64,000 bases of DNA, from assembly GCA_044869275.1 (NCBI GenBank), contig JBIOXB010000137.1:27049-91048 (forward strand), written 5' to 3'. A model generated the notes under the pieces. That model saw nothing but the letters and a program-made list of their open reading frames with translations. It made no database searches and was not told where the DNA came from. Position 1 is the stretch's first letter. Each line of letters opens with the position of its first letter. This DNA comes from a bacterium (GTDB lineage Bacteria; Zhuqueibacterota; Zhuqueibacteria; Zhuqueibacterales; Zhuqueibacteraceae). The position numbers were made by a program, and so were the translations under genes. Below, piece by piece: positions 39,291 through 49,274 of this stretch.

Positions 39291-40751
39291 TTATCGCGCC
39301 AAAGCCATTTTTCGCGTCTGCGCAAAAGCGCCAGCGGTGAAACGGCAAAAGTATACGCCGGCACTCAGTTTTTCAGCGTTAAACCGTACGCGATGCTCGC
39401 CGGCGGCTTCCAAACCTTTCACCAGCGTCGCCACCTCCCGCCCTTTCGCATCTATAATTTTCAAGGTTACGAATTGTGCGGCTGGCAAGTAGTATTGGAT
39501 CGTCGTTTGTGGGTTGAACGGATTCGGGTAATTCGAGTACAATTCAAAATTCCCGATTTCGCTGGTCACATTTTTTTCTTGTACGGCATTGGGTGCCTCA
39601 TACCAGATTCCAAAGTTTTTGGCCGGTTTGCCGCCGGCGCTAACGAATTGTCCACCGGCGTAAACAGCGCCGCTGCTATCGCCTGCCAGCGCATGCACAA
39701 TTCCACCCACGCCCTCGCCCAATGTTGACCAACTGCTGCGATCCCAACGCGCAATGCCGCTTGCTGCCTGGCCTCCCGCTTCAAAGAAATTGCCGCCGGC
39801 GTAAAGATAGCCGTCATTTTGCGTCAGCGCGCGCACCTCGCCGATGATGCCATTTGCCGATCCTGTGCCCAGGCTCGACCAGGCATTGCCATCCCACCTG
39901 GCAATATTGTTTGCCGTAACACCGCTCGCCGAGGAAAAGACCCCGCCGGCCACGAGCTCTCCGGAAAAACTGCCGGAAAGGCACTGCACTTTTCCGTTGA
40001 CCCCTTGCTGCAGCGCGGACCATGAACCCGTCGTGATGTTCCAGCGCGCCATGGTCGGTGCCGGTACGCTTCCGGCATTGGCAAAGTCGCCGCCGGCAAA
40101 CAACAAGTCAACAAAAATGGAAAGCGCATAGGCTGCGCCACCGGTCACGCCATTGGTCAAAGTCGTTCCGAGACGCGACCATTCCACGCCGTTCCATTTC
40201 GCCATGCCATTGGTGATCAAGTCGCCGGCGATGGTGAATAATCCGCTGGCAAAAACTTCATTCCCGTTTGCCGCCAGCGCGTAAACCGTGCTGTTCGTGC
40301 CGCGCGCGCCGGCGGCACCTAAGGCTGCCCAGCCGACGCCGTCCCACACTGCAATATTGCTCGCGTGCGCGATGCCGGCTTGCGAAAACTGTCCGCCGGC
40401 GTAAAGCTTGCCATCGGACGTCGTCGCCAGGGCATAAACAAATGCCGGCGCACCGGCATTTGAAATGCCGGTGCCCAGCGCGTGCCAATTGCTACCATCC
40501 CAGCGCGCAATATTATGCGCAGAAATGGTCCCGGCGTTGGCGAAATAACCGCCCACATAAACTTCCTGTCCCCTGAGGGCAATGGCATAAACTGGCCCGT
40601 TTAGTCCCAGCGCGTCGAAGCGCTCATCCCATCGTCCCTCCCCCGAAACTTGATGAATCTCAGCCTGTGCATGAACGCCGCTCCTCCATTTCGGCGAACC
40701 GGCAATCACCAAAAAAATGAAGCAGCACTGTAGTTTTTTTCTCGCCATCAT
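39291..40751 (-). CDS. Secreted beta-propeller repeat protein with C-terminal sorting (NYPNPFNP) domain
   Basis: About 6-7 repeats of LYAGGxFxxAG...NIARWDGxxWxxLG; C-terminal LYSNYPNPFNPQTTI...LSAGVYF...TRKM. Confidence 0.85.
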   Translation of the reverse strand: MMARKKLQCCFIFLVIAGSPKWRSGVHAQAEIHQVSGEGRWDERFDALGLNGPVYAIALRGQEVYVGGYFANAGTISAHNIARWDGSNWHALGTGISNAGAPAFVYALATTSDGKLYAGGQFSQAGIAHASNIAVWDGVGWAALGAAGARGTNSTVYALAANGNEVFASGLFTIAGDLITNGMAKWNGVEWSRLGTTLTNGVTGGAAYALSIFVDLLFAGGDFANAGSVPAPTMARWNITTGSWSALQQGVNGKVQCLSGSFSGELVAGGVFSSASGVTANNIARWDGNAWSSLGTGSANGIIGEVRALTQNDGYLYAGGNFFEAGGQAASGIARWDRSSWSTLGEGVGGIVHALAGDSSGAVYAGGQFVSAGGKPAKNFGIWYEAPNAVQEKNVTSEIGNFELYSNYPNPFNPQTTIQYYLPAAQFVTLKIIDAKGREVATLVKGLEAAGEHRVRFNAEKLSAGVYFCRFTAGAFAQTRKMALAR

Positions 40752-40913
40752 CTTGGAATCTCCAGAATTCATTGTTTTGTAGCGCGGCAGAGTCAATTGG
40801 GAGAGCAAAAACTCTTCCGCGAAAATGCCCAAGGAAGGTAGTCTCCTAAGATAGGTCGCGCAAATTATTTTTGAGTGCAAAGGCAAGCACAAGACACTAT
40901 ACGTAAAAACAGC

Positions 40914-40942
40914 TTGACAAAAACCAAACCGAGTCGTAATTT
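40914..40942 (+). promoter_or_regulatory. Possible sigma70 promoter for the signalling operon
   Basis: TTGACA-17 nt-TAATTT upstream of 41107. Confidence 0.45.
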
Positions 40943-41106
40943 GCGCCCGTTTATGGTCGATTTTCGGCCAGTGTTTGAACATGAATTCTATACCAATTTT
41001 TGAGTTCGTGCCAAGCCAAAAATTCCTCTTGAGGGTTGCTGCAGGGAAGGAGCCGGTTTAGAAATGGGGTGGACGACATTTTATTTGCAGGAACTGGTTC
41101 CGTAGC

Positions 41107-42060
41107 ATGGTCAATCATGAAATTCGCAAAAGCAAAATCCTCGTCGTGGACGACGTCGCCGTCAATGTACAACTGCTCACGACCTATCTGACGTCTGTGG
41201 GTTACAATGTGATCGCGGCGCGTGACGGCCAGGAGGCTTTGGAAAAAGTGGGCTCGTGCAACCCGGATTTGGTGTTGCTCGATGTGATGATGCCCAAGTT
41301 CAACGGTTTTGAGGTGTGCGAACGCATCAAGTCCGATGAACTCACGCGCATTATTCCCGTCATTATGGTGACGGCGCTCAACGAAATCGAGGACAAAATC
41401 AAAGCCACCGAGGCCGGTGCCGACGATTTCATCAGCAAGCCCTTCAACAAGCTGGAATTGTTGACGCGCGTCAAGTCGCTGCTGCGCATCAAAGAGCTGC
41501 ACGACCAGCTCAATATCAAAATCAAAGAGCTGGAGTCGGCCAAAGAACAATTGCGCCAACTCGCAATCACGGATGGCTTGACCGAGCTTTTCAATCATCG
41601 TTATTTCAAGGAGCATCTCGAGCAGGAGCTGTATCGCGCGAACCGGCACCGTTCGGAAGTTTCCTTGATTATGATCGATATCGACCATTTCAAGAAATAT
41701 AACGATAGTTACGGCCACCCCGCGGGCGACGTGTTGTTGCGCACGGTCGGGAAGTTATTGAAGGAAAACATCCGAAAAATCGACCTGGCGGCGCGTTACG
41801 GCGGCGAAGAGTTTTGTTTGGTGCTGGCCGATACTAACAAAACGGCGGCCAGCCTGGTGGCGGAGAAAATGCGGCGTTTGGTGGAAGGCTATTCTTTGGA
41901 GGGCTCGTCGCCTCAACCCAACAATGGCCACATCACCATCAGCCTCGGGGTGGCGACGTTTCCGACGGACGCCGCCTCTTCCAATGAATTGGTGAAACTC
42001 GCTGATCAAAGGCTTTACAACGCCAAACAACTCGGTCGAAATCAAGTGGTGATGCAATAA
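41107..42060 (+). CDS. Response-regulator diguanylate cyclase (REC-GGDEF)
   Basis: REC (ILVVDD, DLVLLDVMMP, KPF), coiled coil, DGLT, DIDHFKKYNDSYGHPAGD, I-site RKID, GGEEF. Confidence 0.95.
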   Translation: MVNHEIRKSKILVVDDVAVNVQLLTTYLTSVGYNVIAARDGQEALEKVGSCNPDLVLLDVMMPKFNGFEVCERIKSDELTRIIPVIMVTALNEIEDKIKATEAGADDFISKPFNKLELLTRVKSLLRIKELHDQLNIKIKELESAKEQLRQLAITDGLTELFNHRYFKEHLEQELYRANRHRSEVSLIMIDIDHFKKYNDSYGHPAGDVLLRTVGKLLKENIRKIDLAARYGGEEFCLVLADTNKTAASLVAEKMRRLVEGYSLEGSSPQPNNGHITISLGVATFPTDAASSNELVKLADQRLYNAKQLGRNQVVMQ

Positions 42061-42139
42061 ATGTGCTGGGCGCGAGGCACTTCTTGGAGGCCTCGCGCGC
42101 TGAGACCTCAATCGCTGCGCCTCCACCCTGGAGAAACAC

Positions 42140-43648
42140 GTGGATTGGCTTTTCTTTAAACAGAACACGATTTTCCGCAAAATCTTCTCGATCACACTAT
42201 CCGTCTCCCTGTTACCTCTGATCGTGTCGTGGATTTATCTGTTGCGCAATGCGGCGCAACGGGGTTTCAACCCCTCGGACGGGGCCGCGATTGTCTTTTA
42301 TCTCGCTTCCGGCCTGGCCACCCTGCTGGCTTTAGGCGGATCCTACTACGTTTCCAAGCGTATCAGCCGGCCGATCACGCATTTTATTCGCACCGCGCGG
42401 GAAATCGCGCGTGGCAATTTCAGCGAGAAAGTGGTCATCGAATCCAACGATGAAATCGGGCAACTCGCCAAGCTCTTCAATTACATGACCACGGAATTGC
42501 GCCGGCTGCGCGACCTCGATCTCAATCGCATCATCAACGAAAAGACCAAAACCGAATCCATTCTCAAAAATATCGCCGACGGCGTGATTGGCACGGACGC
42601 CAACAACAAAATCATCATGATGAACGTGGTGATGGAGCGCTGGTTCGGCATTCAAGAGCGGCAGTGCCTCGACAAGCCCATAGAGAACTGCATCTCCAAC
42701 AACGCGCTGCTGCAATTCATCCGCAAAGTTCGTGACCACGAAAAGGCGGCACCACAGGTTTCCGAGACCGAGATCAAGATCAAATCGCCCAAGAATTGGC
42801 GCGACATTTTTCTGCAAGCCAAAGCCGTGCGCATCACCAACGAGCGCAACGAGCCTGTGGTGGTCACCATTTTGCGCGATGTCACGCGCGAAAAAGAAAT
42901 CGACCGCATGAAAACCGAGCTGGTGTCCATGGTGGCGCATGAATTGCGCTCGCCGTTGACTTCGATTTCGGGTTTCAGCGAATTGCTGCTCGATCCTAGC
43001 GTGAATCGCGAGCAGGCCGAAGAGTACGCCGCCATCATTTTGAAAGAATCCAACCGGCTCAGCGAGCTGATCAACAAGTTCCTCGATATTTCGAAAATCG
43101 AAGCGGGCAAGATTCAAATCAAACGCATGGGCATGCAGATTTGTGACGTGGTGGACAAGGTGCTCGACGTGAATCTACATCAGGCTGAGAAAAAGGGCAT
43201 TGTCGTCAGCGTCAAAGTTGCACCAGACATTCATCTGGTTTTGGGCGACAAAGACATGATCGAACAGGTCATTTTGAATCTGTTCACCAACGCCGTGAAG
43301 TACAGCTCGGAAAACACCGCCATCGAAATCCGCTTGAAAGAACGAGAGGACGACGTGCTGTTCGAGATCGAGGACAACGGCTACGGCATTTCAGAAAAAT
43401 CGCTGCCGAAAATCTTCGACAAGTTTTATCGCGTGACCGACAACGAAAGAGTGCGCGAAATCAGCGGCACGGGCCTGGGTCTGGCTCTGGTCAAGGAGAT
43501 TATTGAAGTGCACGGCGGCGCCATTTCGGTGAAAAGCAAGCTCAGCGAAGGCTCGACTTTTTCCTTCACTCTGCCCAAGTACCGCGGTGCCTATCAAGAG
43601 ACCGGCACCGAAACGTTCGAATACGGCGTCATGAGCAATCCTCTGTAA
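42140..43648 (+). CDS. Sensor histidine kinase (2 TM-HAMP-PAS-HisKA-HATPase)
   Basis: Two TMs with a short loop, HAMP (NDEIGQLA), PAS, VAHELRSPL, NLFTNAVKY, DNGYGI, GTGLGL. GTG start. Confidence 0.93.
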   Translation: MDWLFFKQNTIFRKIFSITLSVSLLPLIVSWIYLLRNAAQRGFNPSDGAAIVFYLASGLATLLALGGSYYVSKRISRPITHFIRTAREIARGNFSEKVVIESNDEIGQLAKLFNYMTTELRRLRDLDLNRIINEKTKTESILKNIADGVIGTDANNKIIMMNVVMERWFGIQERQCLDKPIENCISNNALLQFIRKVRDHEKAAPQVSETEIKIKSPKNWRDIFLQAKAVRITNERNEPVVVTILRDVTREKEIDRMKTELVSMVAHELRSPLTSISGFSELLLDPSVNREQAEEYAAIILKESNRLSELINKFLDISKIEAGKIQIKRMGMQICDVVDKVLDVNLHQAEKKGIVVSVKVAPDIHLVLGDKDMIEQVILNLFTNAVKYSSENTAIEIRLKEREDDVLFEIEDNGYGISEKSLPKIFDKFYRVTDNERVREISGTGLGLALVKEIIEVHGGAISVKSKLSEGSTFSFTLPKYRGAYQETGTETFEYGVMSNPL

Positions 43649-43823
43649 TTCTTCCCTGCAGCGTCAGCGGTCACACTGCAAGCCTCTTTTTCAGCATGAC
43701 CACCGCACTCCAGACTGAGAAAGAATCCTGCAGGACGATGCCTCCGTTGCGCCAGACCAGATTCAACACACTACCGCGGTCATCTTCAACCCTTCGTCCG
43801 CCACAACCCCAGAGGGACAGCGC

Positions 43824-45728
43824 GTGCGCAAAGCTATTTTGTTGATCGACGATGATGCCGATCAGCGTGAAATCATTCGAAAGATTCTCGCCACCAACGG
43901 CTATGATTTCCTGGAGGCCGCCTCGGGAGAAGAAGGCTTACGCACCATCACGGCGCACCGGCCGCATTTGATTCTGCTGGACTACCTCATGCCCGGCATG
44001 AACGGCGCCGAAGTGCTGCAGGAGCTGGCCGGCAATCCGGAGTATCGCGCCGCGAGCGACACCCCCATCGTCATGCTCACCGCCGCGCGCCTGCGGCAGG
44101 AAGTGAATCAAGCCCGCCTGTTTCAACTGGGGCTGCGCATGTTCCTGGAAAAGCCCTTCGCCAGCCACGAACTGATCAACGTCATAGAGAACGTCTTTGC
44201 GCTGCACGATATGCGCCTGCGCAACCGCGAGCTCGAACAGCGCATCAAGTTGACGGAGTACAAGTATCAGGATCTCATCGAGAATGCCAGCGATTGGATT
44301 TTCACGCTCAATACGCACGGCCAATTCGTGTTCCTCAACCGCCGCTTGACGGTGCTGACCGGCCATCTGCGCGAGGCCTGGAAAGATCGCGCGCTGCTCG
44401 ATATGGTGATTCCGGAAGATCGCCAGCACGTCGAGATCAATTTTCAGAACACCCTCAAAGGCAAATCCCGCATTTTCGAGATGCGGGTGCAAACGCAGAA
44501 CGGCAAAATGCTGAGCCTTTCCACGAATATGAATCCGATTCTCGAGCACGGCGAAGTGGTGGGGTGCGTGGGCATCGCGCGTGACGTGACGCAGCGCAAA
44601 AAACTCGAGCAAGAAATTACCGAGCTGAAAAACTTCAATGAGAGCATCATTCAGAGCATCGGGTCGGGGCTGATCACCCTCAATCTCGAGCGCCGCATCA
44701 CCTCGTTCAATCGCGCGGCCGAGGAAATTCTGGGCTGGTACGCGGAAGAGATGATCGGCGGCGCGCTTGAAGATTTCTTTTCAGCAGAGGAAGTGGCGAA
44801 GCTGCTGCCTGAAGATGAAGGAGACCCAGCCGGCGAGGCTTTCCCGCTCCACCGCGAGATGGCCTTGACACGCAAGGACGGCAAGCAGATTCACGTGGGA
44901 TTCACCGTGACCTCGCGCCGCGAAAATCGCGATCAGCGTGTCGGCACGGTCATTTCTTTTCGCGACATTTCGCTGATCAAACAGATGCAGGCGGAAGTTC
45001 TGCGCATGGATCGCCTGGCGTCGTTGGGCGTGCTGGCGAGCGGCATCGCACATGAAATTCGCAACCCGCTCGCGGGCATCAAAACCGTCGCGCAGACGCT
45101 GGAGGAGGATCTGGAGGCGCACGACGGCAAGCGCGAATACGTGGCCCGCATCATCCGGCAGGTGAATCGCATGGACGAATTGCTGCGCACCCTATTTTCC
45201 TATGCACGGCCACAATCCCCCGTGCGCCGGCCGTGCCGCTTGCAAGACATCATCAGCGAAGTTCAGGGCTTGATGACGCAGCGTTTCGAAAGGGCCAACG
45301 TCCGGTTCGAAGAAAGCTATGCCCACGATCTGCCGCTGATTTACGTGGACTTTCACCAGATTCAGCAGGTGTTCATCAACCTCTTTTTGAATGCGATTGA
45401 CGCCATGCCCGCCGGCGGCAGCCTGACGCTGATGGCGCGACCGATTTCCAGCGTGGTGCAACGCGTGGACCGCCGCGGCAAGAGATACGTCGATACCAAC
45501 CGGCTCATGCCTTATGCCGAAGTGCGGGTGAGCGATACCGGCGAAGGCATTGCGCTGGAGAACTTGCAAGCGATTTTCGATCCCTTTTTCACCACCAAAC
45601 CGCAAGGCTCGGGCTTGGGCTTGTCGATTGTCTATCGCATCCTCGAAGAACATCGCGGCAATATTCAAGTCGACAGCGAAGTGGGGAAAGGCACGGCGTT
45701 TCGATTGTTGCTGCCGGTGGAGGAATGA
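43824..45728 (+). CDS. Cytoplasmic hybrid kinase (REC-PAS-PAS-HisKA-HATPase)
   Basis: LLIDDD/LLDYLMP, two PAS/PAC domains (ARDVT, FRDIS), IAHEIRNPL, NAIDAM, DTGEGI, GSGLGL. No TM. Confidence 0.93.
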   Translation: MRKAILLIDDDADQREIIRKILATNGYDFLEAASGEEGLRTITAHRPHLILLDYLMPGMNGAEVLQELAGNPEYRAASDTPIVMLTAARLRQEVNQARLFQLGLRMFLEKPFASHELINVIENVFALHDMRLRNRELEQRIKLTEYKYQDLIENASDWIFTLNTHGQFVFLNRRLTVLTGHLREAWKDRALLDMVIPEDRQHVEINFQNTLKGKSRIFEMRVQTQNGKMLSLSTNMNPILEHGEVVGCVGIARDVTQRKKLEQEITELKNFNESIIQSIGSGLITLNLERRITSFNRAAEEILGWYAEEMIGGALEDFFSAEEVAKLLPEDEGDPAGEAFPLHREMALTRKDGKQIHVGFTVTSRRENRDQRVGTVISFRDISLIKQMQAEVLRMDRLASLGVLASGIAHEIRNPLAGIKTVAQTLEEDLEAHDGKREYVARIIRQVNRMDELLRTLFSYARPQSPVRRPCRLQDIISEVQGLMTQRFERANVRFEESYAHDLPLIYVDFHQIQQVFINLFLNAIDAMPAGGSLTLMARPISSVVQRVDRRGKRYVDTNRLMPYAEVRVSDTGEGIALENLQAIFDPFFTTKPQGSGLGLSIVYRILEEHRGNIQVDSEVGKGTAFRLLLPVEE

Positions 45729-45736
45729 AAAGATGG

Positions 45737-45838
45737 CAGTGGTCAGTAATGAGTAATCAGTGCACGGTAATCGGGGGCGTGCCCTTCAGACGCCGGGATA
45801 CGGAATACTGATCATTGATGACCGCACACGGAATACCG
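45737..45838. repeat. Heptamer-periodic inverted repeat with central hairpin
   Basis: cagtggt cagtaat gagtaat cagtgca cggtaat, a central ggcgt..acgcc, then atacgga atactga tcattga tgaccg. Confidence 0.65.
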
Positions 45839-45861
45839 TTTTCAACATCCGGAGAATTGCA

Positions 45862-47256
45862 GTGATCGATTCAGCCAGAATATTAATTGTGGAAGACAAC
45901 GCGGATTTGTGCCAAACGCTGGCAGAAGTGTTTCGCAAGAGCGGCCATAAAGTGATGACGGCGCTGACCGGGGCCGACGCGCAAAAAGTATTGCAGAGCG
46001 CCCCCGTCGACCTGGTGATGCTGGACTTGCGGCTGCCGGACATGCTCGGCATCAAAGTGCTGGAATTCGCCAAAGAGCTCGATCCGGAAATCATGGTAAT
46101 CATGATGACGGCGCTGACCAACGATCCCCGCCCGGCGGTGGAGGCGATGAAGGTCGGTGCGTTTGATTATTTGACCAAGCCCTTCGAATTGGACGAAGTC
46201 AAGCTCGTGGTGGCGAAGGCGCTTGAAACCGCCGGCTTGAAGCGCGAAGTCTCGCGGCTTAAACAACAGCAACGCGGGCAGTTTCCGGAAACGGAGCTGT
46301 TCGGCGACAGCGTACCGATGCAGGAAGTCAAACAACTCATCAAGGTCGTGAGTGAAACGCCGCGCACCTCCGTGTTGATTCAGGGCGAAAGCGGCACGGG
46401 CAAAGAACTGGTGGCGAACACCATTCATCAATGGAGCGCGCGCCGCGACAAGCCGTTCGTGCCCATCAACTGCGGCGCGATTCCGGAAAACCTGCTGGAA
46501 TCAGAATTGTTCGGCCATGAAAGAGGTGCGTTTACCGATGCCAAGGCGCTGAAAAAAGGCATATTCGAGCTGGCTGACACCGGCACCATCTTTCTCGATG
46601 AAATCTCCAATATGCAGCCCTTTCTGCAGCCCAAACTGCTGCGCGTGTTGGAGACGCAATCTTTCCGGCGCATTGGCGGCACGGCGGACATTCAAATCGA
46701 CGTGCGCCTGGTCGCCGCCACCAATCGCGATTTGGGCGTGATGGTGAAGGAGGGCATTTTTCGCGAAGACTTATACTATCGCCTCAAAGTGATGGTGCTG
46801 GTGCTGCCGCCGTTGCGCGCACGCACGGAAGACGTTATTCCGCTCGCCAAGCTGTTCATCGAAAAAAACAATCGCGAGTTCAGCAAGAACATCACCGGCA
46901 TCGCGCCCGAGGCGGAAGCCCTGCTGGCCGAGTATCAGTGGCCGGGCAACGTGCGTGAGTTAAAAAATGTCATCGAGCGCGCGATCATCTTGTGCCAAGC
47001 GCCGGTCCTGCGGCCTGAGCATCTCCCCATGGAATTGCGGGACGCCCACAGCCGCAACTCCGTTTTTTTTGCCGCGCCGATGTCGGCCGTGGCTCCCGCT
47101 TCCGACGAATCGCTGGCGCTGGAAGACATGGAGAAAATCCACATTCAAAATGTGCTGGTAAAATTCAAAGGCAACAAATCACAAACCGCGCGCGCGCTCA
47201 ACATCTCGCGCTCGACGTTGCGTGAAAAAATGAAAACCTACAATATTGCGGGTTGA
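45862..47256 (+). CDS. Sigma54-dependent response regulator (NtrC/AtoC family)
   Basis: [48 protein letters not shown], Fis HTH. GTG start after GGAGA. Confidence 0.95.
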   Translation: MIDSARILIVEDNADLCQTLAEVFRKSGHKVMTALTGADAQKVLQSAPVDLVMLDLRLPDMLGIKVLEFAKELDPEIMVIMMTALTNDPRPAVEAMKVGAFDYLTKPFELDEVKLVVAKALETAGLKREVSRLKQQQRGQFPETELFGDSVPMQEVKQLIKVVSETPRTSVLIQGESGTGKELVANTIHQWSARRDKPFVPINCGAIPENLLESELFGHERGAFTDAKALKKGIFELADTGTIFLDEISNMQPFLQPKLLRVLETQSFRRIGGTADIQIDVRLVAATNRDLGVMVKEGIFREDLYYRLKVMVLVLPPLRARTEDVIPLAKLFIEKNNREFSKNITGIAPEAEALLAEYQWPGNVRELKNVIERAIILCQAPVLRPEHLPMELRDAHSRNSVFFAAPMSAVAPASDESLALEDMEKIHIQNVLVKFKGNKSQTARALNISRSTLREKMKTYNIAG

Positions 47257-47442
47257 GTTGTGGCCGGAAATCGTTCATAGAACTGTTCGGATTCCAACCT
47301 CGCTCGCGCTGGCGACAGCGCTTTTTCCGGAGAGAATTTTGTTAAAGAAACTTCACTTCCTGCCGCAATCGCAAGGTTTTTCTCAACCTAAAATTTGCTC
47401 GAAGTGGCGGCAAAGGTGCAGGCGCTGACGACACTCAGGCTC

Positions 47443-47458
47443 TGGCACAGCCTTTGCT
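47443..47458 (+). promoter_or_regulatory. Sigma54 (-24/-12) promoter
   Basis: TGGCAC-AGCCT-TTGCT matches the TGGCAC-N5-TTGCW consensus, about 80 nt upstream of the 47537 ATG. Confidence 0.8.
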
Positions 47459-47536
47459 TTTTATGTAGAAAATTTGTGTCACAATTGATACTTGAAATAA
47501 CTTGGCTAAGGGGCGGGAACATTGCAAGCAGGAAAA

Positions 47537-48070
47537 ATGATGAACAGGACGGAAGCGCATCTAAAAACTTCGTCGCAGGACGTGACTGACCTTCATAAAA
47601 AGAGCATTTTGATCGTCGATGATGAAGAAGATTTGATCTGGAGCATTTCCAAGACGCTGACGAAAACAGATGATACTCTGGAAGTGATTTGCGTGCAGGA
47701 CGGCGACGCCGCGTTGGCGGTGTTATCTCAGCGTCCGGTGGATGTCGTGGTTTCGGATGTGCGCATGCCTGGCCGTGACGGTCTGCAACTCTTGGAAGAG
47801 ATCAAGTTCAACTATCCCAAAACCAAGGTGATCATCATGACGGCCTACGGCTCCGAAGAAATGCAAACGCGCATCATCGCGCGTACGCCCTTCTATCTGG
47901 AGAAGCCGTTTGAGATTCATTACCTAAAGCGACTCATTTATGCAGCCCTGGAGACGGCACCGCCTGCAAATTCGAACCACACGATTGACCCGCCCTCCGG
48001 CTACACGAACAATGCGCTTTCTTTCAGTTATCTTCCGGTGATTCCTTCTCTCGCGCTGCTGACAAAATAA
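47537..48070 (+). CDS. Stand-alone receiver-domain response regulator with short tail
   Basis: ILIVDDE, DVVVSDVRMPGRDG, IMTAYG, KPF. Confidence 0.88.
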   Translation: MMNRTEAHLKTSSQDVTDLHKKSILIVDDEEDLIWSISKTLTKTDDTLEVICVQDGDAALAVLSQRPVDVVVSDVRMPGRDGLQLLEEIKFNYPKTKVIIMTAYGSEEMQTRIIARTPFYLEKPFEIHYLKRLIYAALETAPPANSNHTIDPPSGYTNNALSFSYLPVIPSLALLTK

Positions 48071-48112
48071 CTTCCCGCAAAAAACTATACTACCCATCCC
48101 CGCAGCGCTGCT

Positions 48113-48380
48113 GCATGCTTCCTCTGGCCCGCGTGTAAGACCGTACAGTCATCCGCCGCTTCGATCCATTCGATCTCGGTCACACGCAGAGGCACGATGC
48201 GCTCCCCGCTGCGAATCAGCAGCCGTGGAAAAGACAATGGCGGGCAGATGCTCGACTTGCTCTAATACCTCAAAGCCGTTCAGCACCGGCATTTGCACGT
48301 CAAGGAATAACGCAGGATCTCGGCCAGCTGCGCCAGCACCTGGCGCGCACCTTCGGGGTCGCTGCCGACCAGGGCATTGT
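48113..48380 (-). pseudogene. Collapsed LytS/LytR(LytTR) two-component remnant
   Basis: Minus strand, consecutive fragments in different frames: NALVGSDPEGARQVLAQLAEILR (LytS-type kinase), LFLDVQMPVLNGFEVLEQVEHLPAIVFST (REC), RLLIRSGERIVPLRVTEIEWIEAADD (LytTR). Confidence 0.75.
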
Positions 48381-48404
48381 ATGCCATTTGCCCCCGGGGT
48401 GCTT

Positions 48405-49151
48405 CTAGCTTTGCGCCGGTTTGAGTGCGGCTTTCAAGCGCGCGATGCGCTTGCCCACGATCATGCCGTGAATGCCCAATGCCGGGCCCAACAAGCCATA
48501 AATCCAGCCAGCAAAAGCGATGGAGCGTGCGCTGCCGAAAAGGGTGATCACAATCGAAATGACCGCAACGCTCATGTAGATGGCGTGGCCTTGCAGCGCA
48601 CCGCGCGTGTGTAATGTCTCGAGTTCGTCCAGCCCCAGCTCCTCGCGCATGCGATAAGCGCGCCGATAAAGCAGGAAAAAGACGAGAAAAGTCGCAAAAA
48701 AGCCCAGCGAATAGATGACCATCAAAGTTGCCGTCTGCCCGCGCTCGATCACCGCGCTGACTTCACTGGCGTCACGAAAAAAGAAAAACACGTTGATCAA
48801 GAATGTGAACAGAAATTTGAGGGGATAAATATAGAACAACACCACGAAAATCAAAGCGGAGTTGAGTACGAGAGTGGTCCTGTCGTGCATGCCGTAGCGC
48901 CGGAAAAAGAGATACTGTTGATACCAAATCAGCATCAACATCGCGAAACAGACGGCGAAGGCGAAAAAGCCGCGCATCAGATGCAAGAGTTCGGAAAAAC
49001 TTGCCGGCACTTCCAATGAGATCACCAGCAACGTGACGGCAAAGGCGAAAACCGCATCACTGAATCCTTCAAACCTCAGGATTTCGTGGCTGCGCCAATG
49101 AAAGTCTTTTTCTTCTCGCAAACCTTTCTTGAGCAGTTGTTCTCGCAGCAT
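48405..49151 (-). CDS. TMEM175 family (DUF1211) potassium channel-like protein
   Basis: Signature RFEGFSDAVFAFAVTLLVISLEVP; about 6 TMs. Confidence 0.88.
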   Translation of the reverse strand: MLREQLLKKGLREEKDFHWRSHEILRFEGFSDAVFAFAVTLLVISLEVPASFSELLHLMRGFFAFAVCFAMLMLIWYQQYLFFRRYGMHDRTTLVLNSALIFVVLFYIYPLKFLFTFLINVFFFFRDASEVSAVIERGQTATLMVIYSLGFFATFLVFFLLYRRAYRMREELGLDELETLHTRGALQGHAIYMSVAVISIVITLFGSARSIAFAGWIYGLLGPALGIHGMIVGKRIARLKAALKPAQS

Positions 49152-49198
49152 GACGGCCCTTCAAATAGAGACGATGCAGATTGTGGTGCATTCGGTAT

Positions 49199-49274
49199 GT
49201 TGGATTGATGGATTGTTGGATTGATGGAACCCATTGATCCAACAATCCATCAATCCATGAATCCGTCAATCCAA
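49199..49274. repeat. Octamer-periodic inverted repeat
   Basis: ttggattg atggattg ttggattg atgg, then atccaaca atccatca atccatga atccgtca atccaa. Contains the stop of the 49266 gene. Confidence 0.85.
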
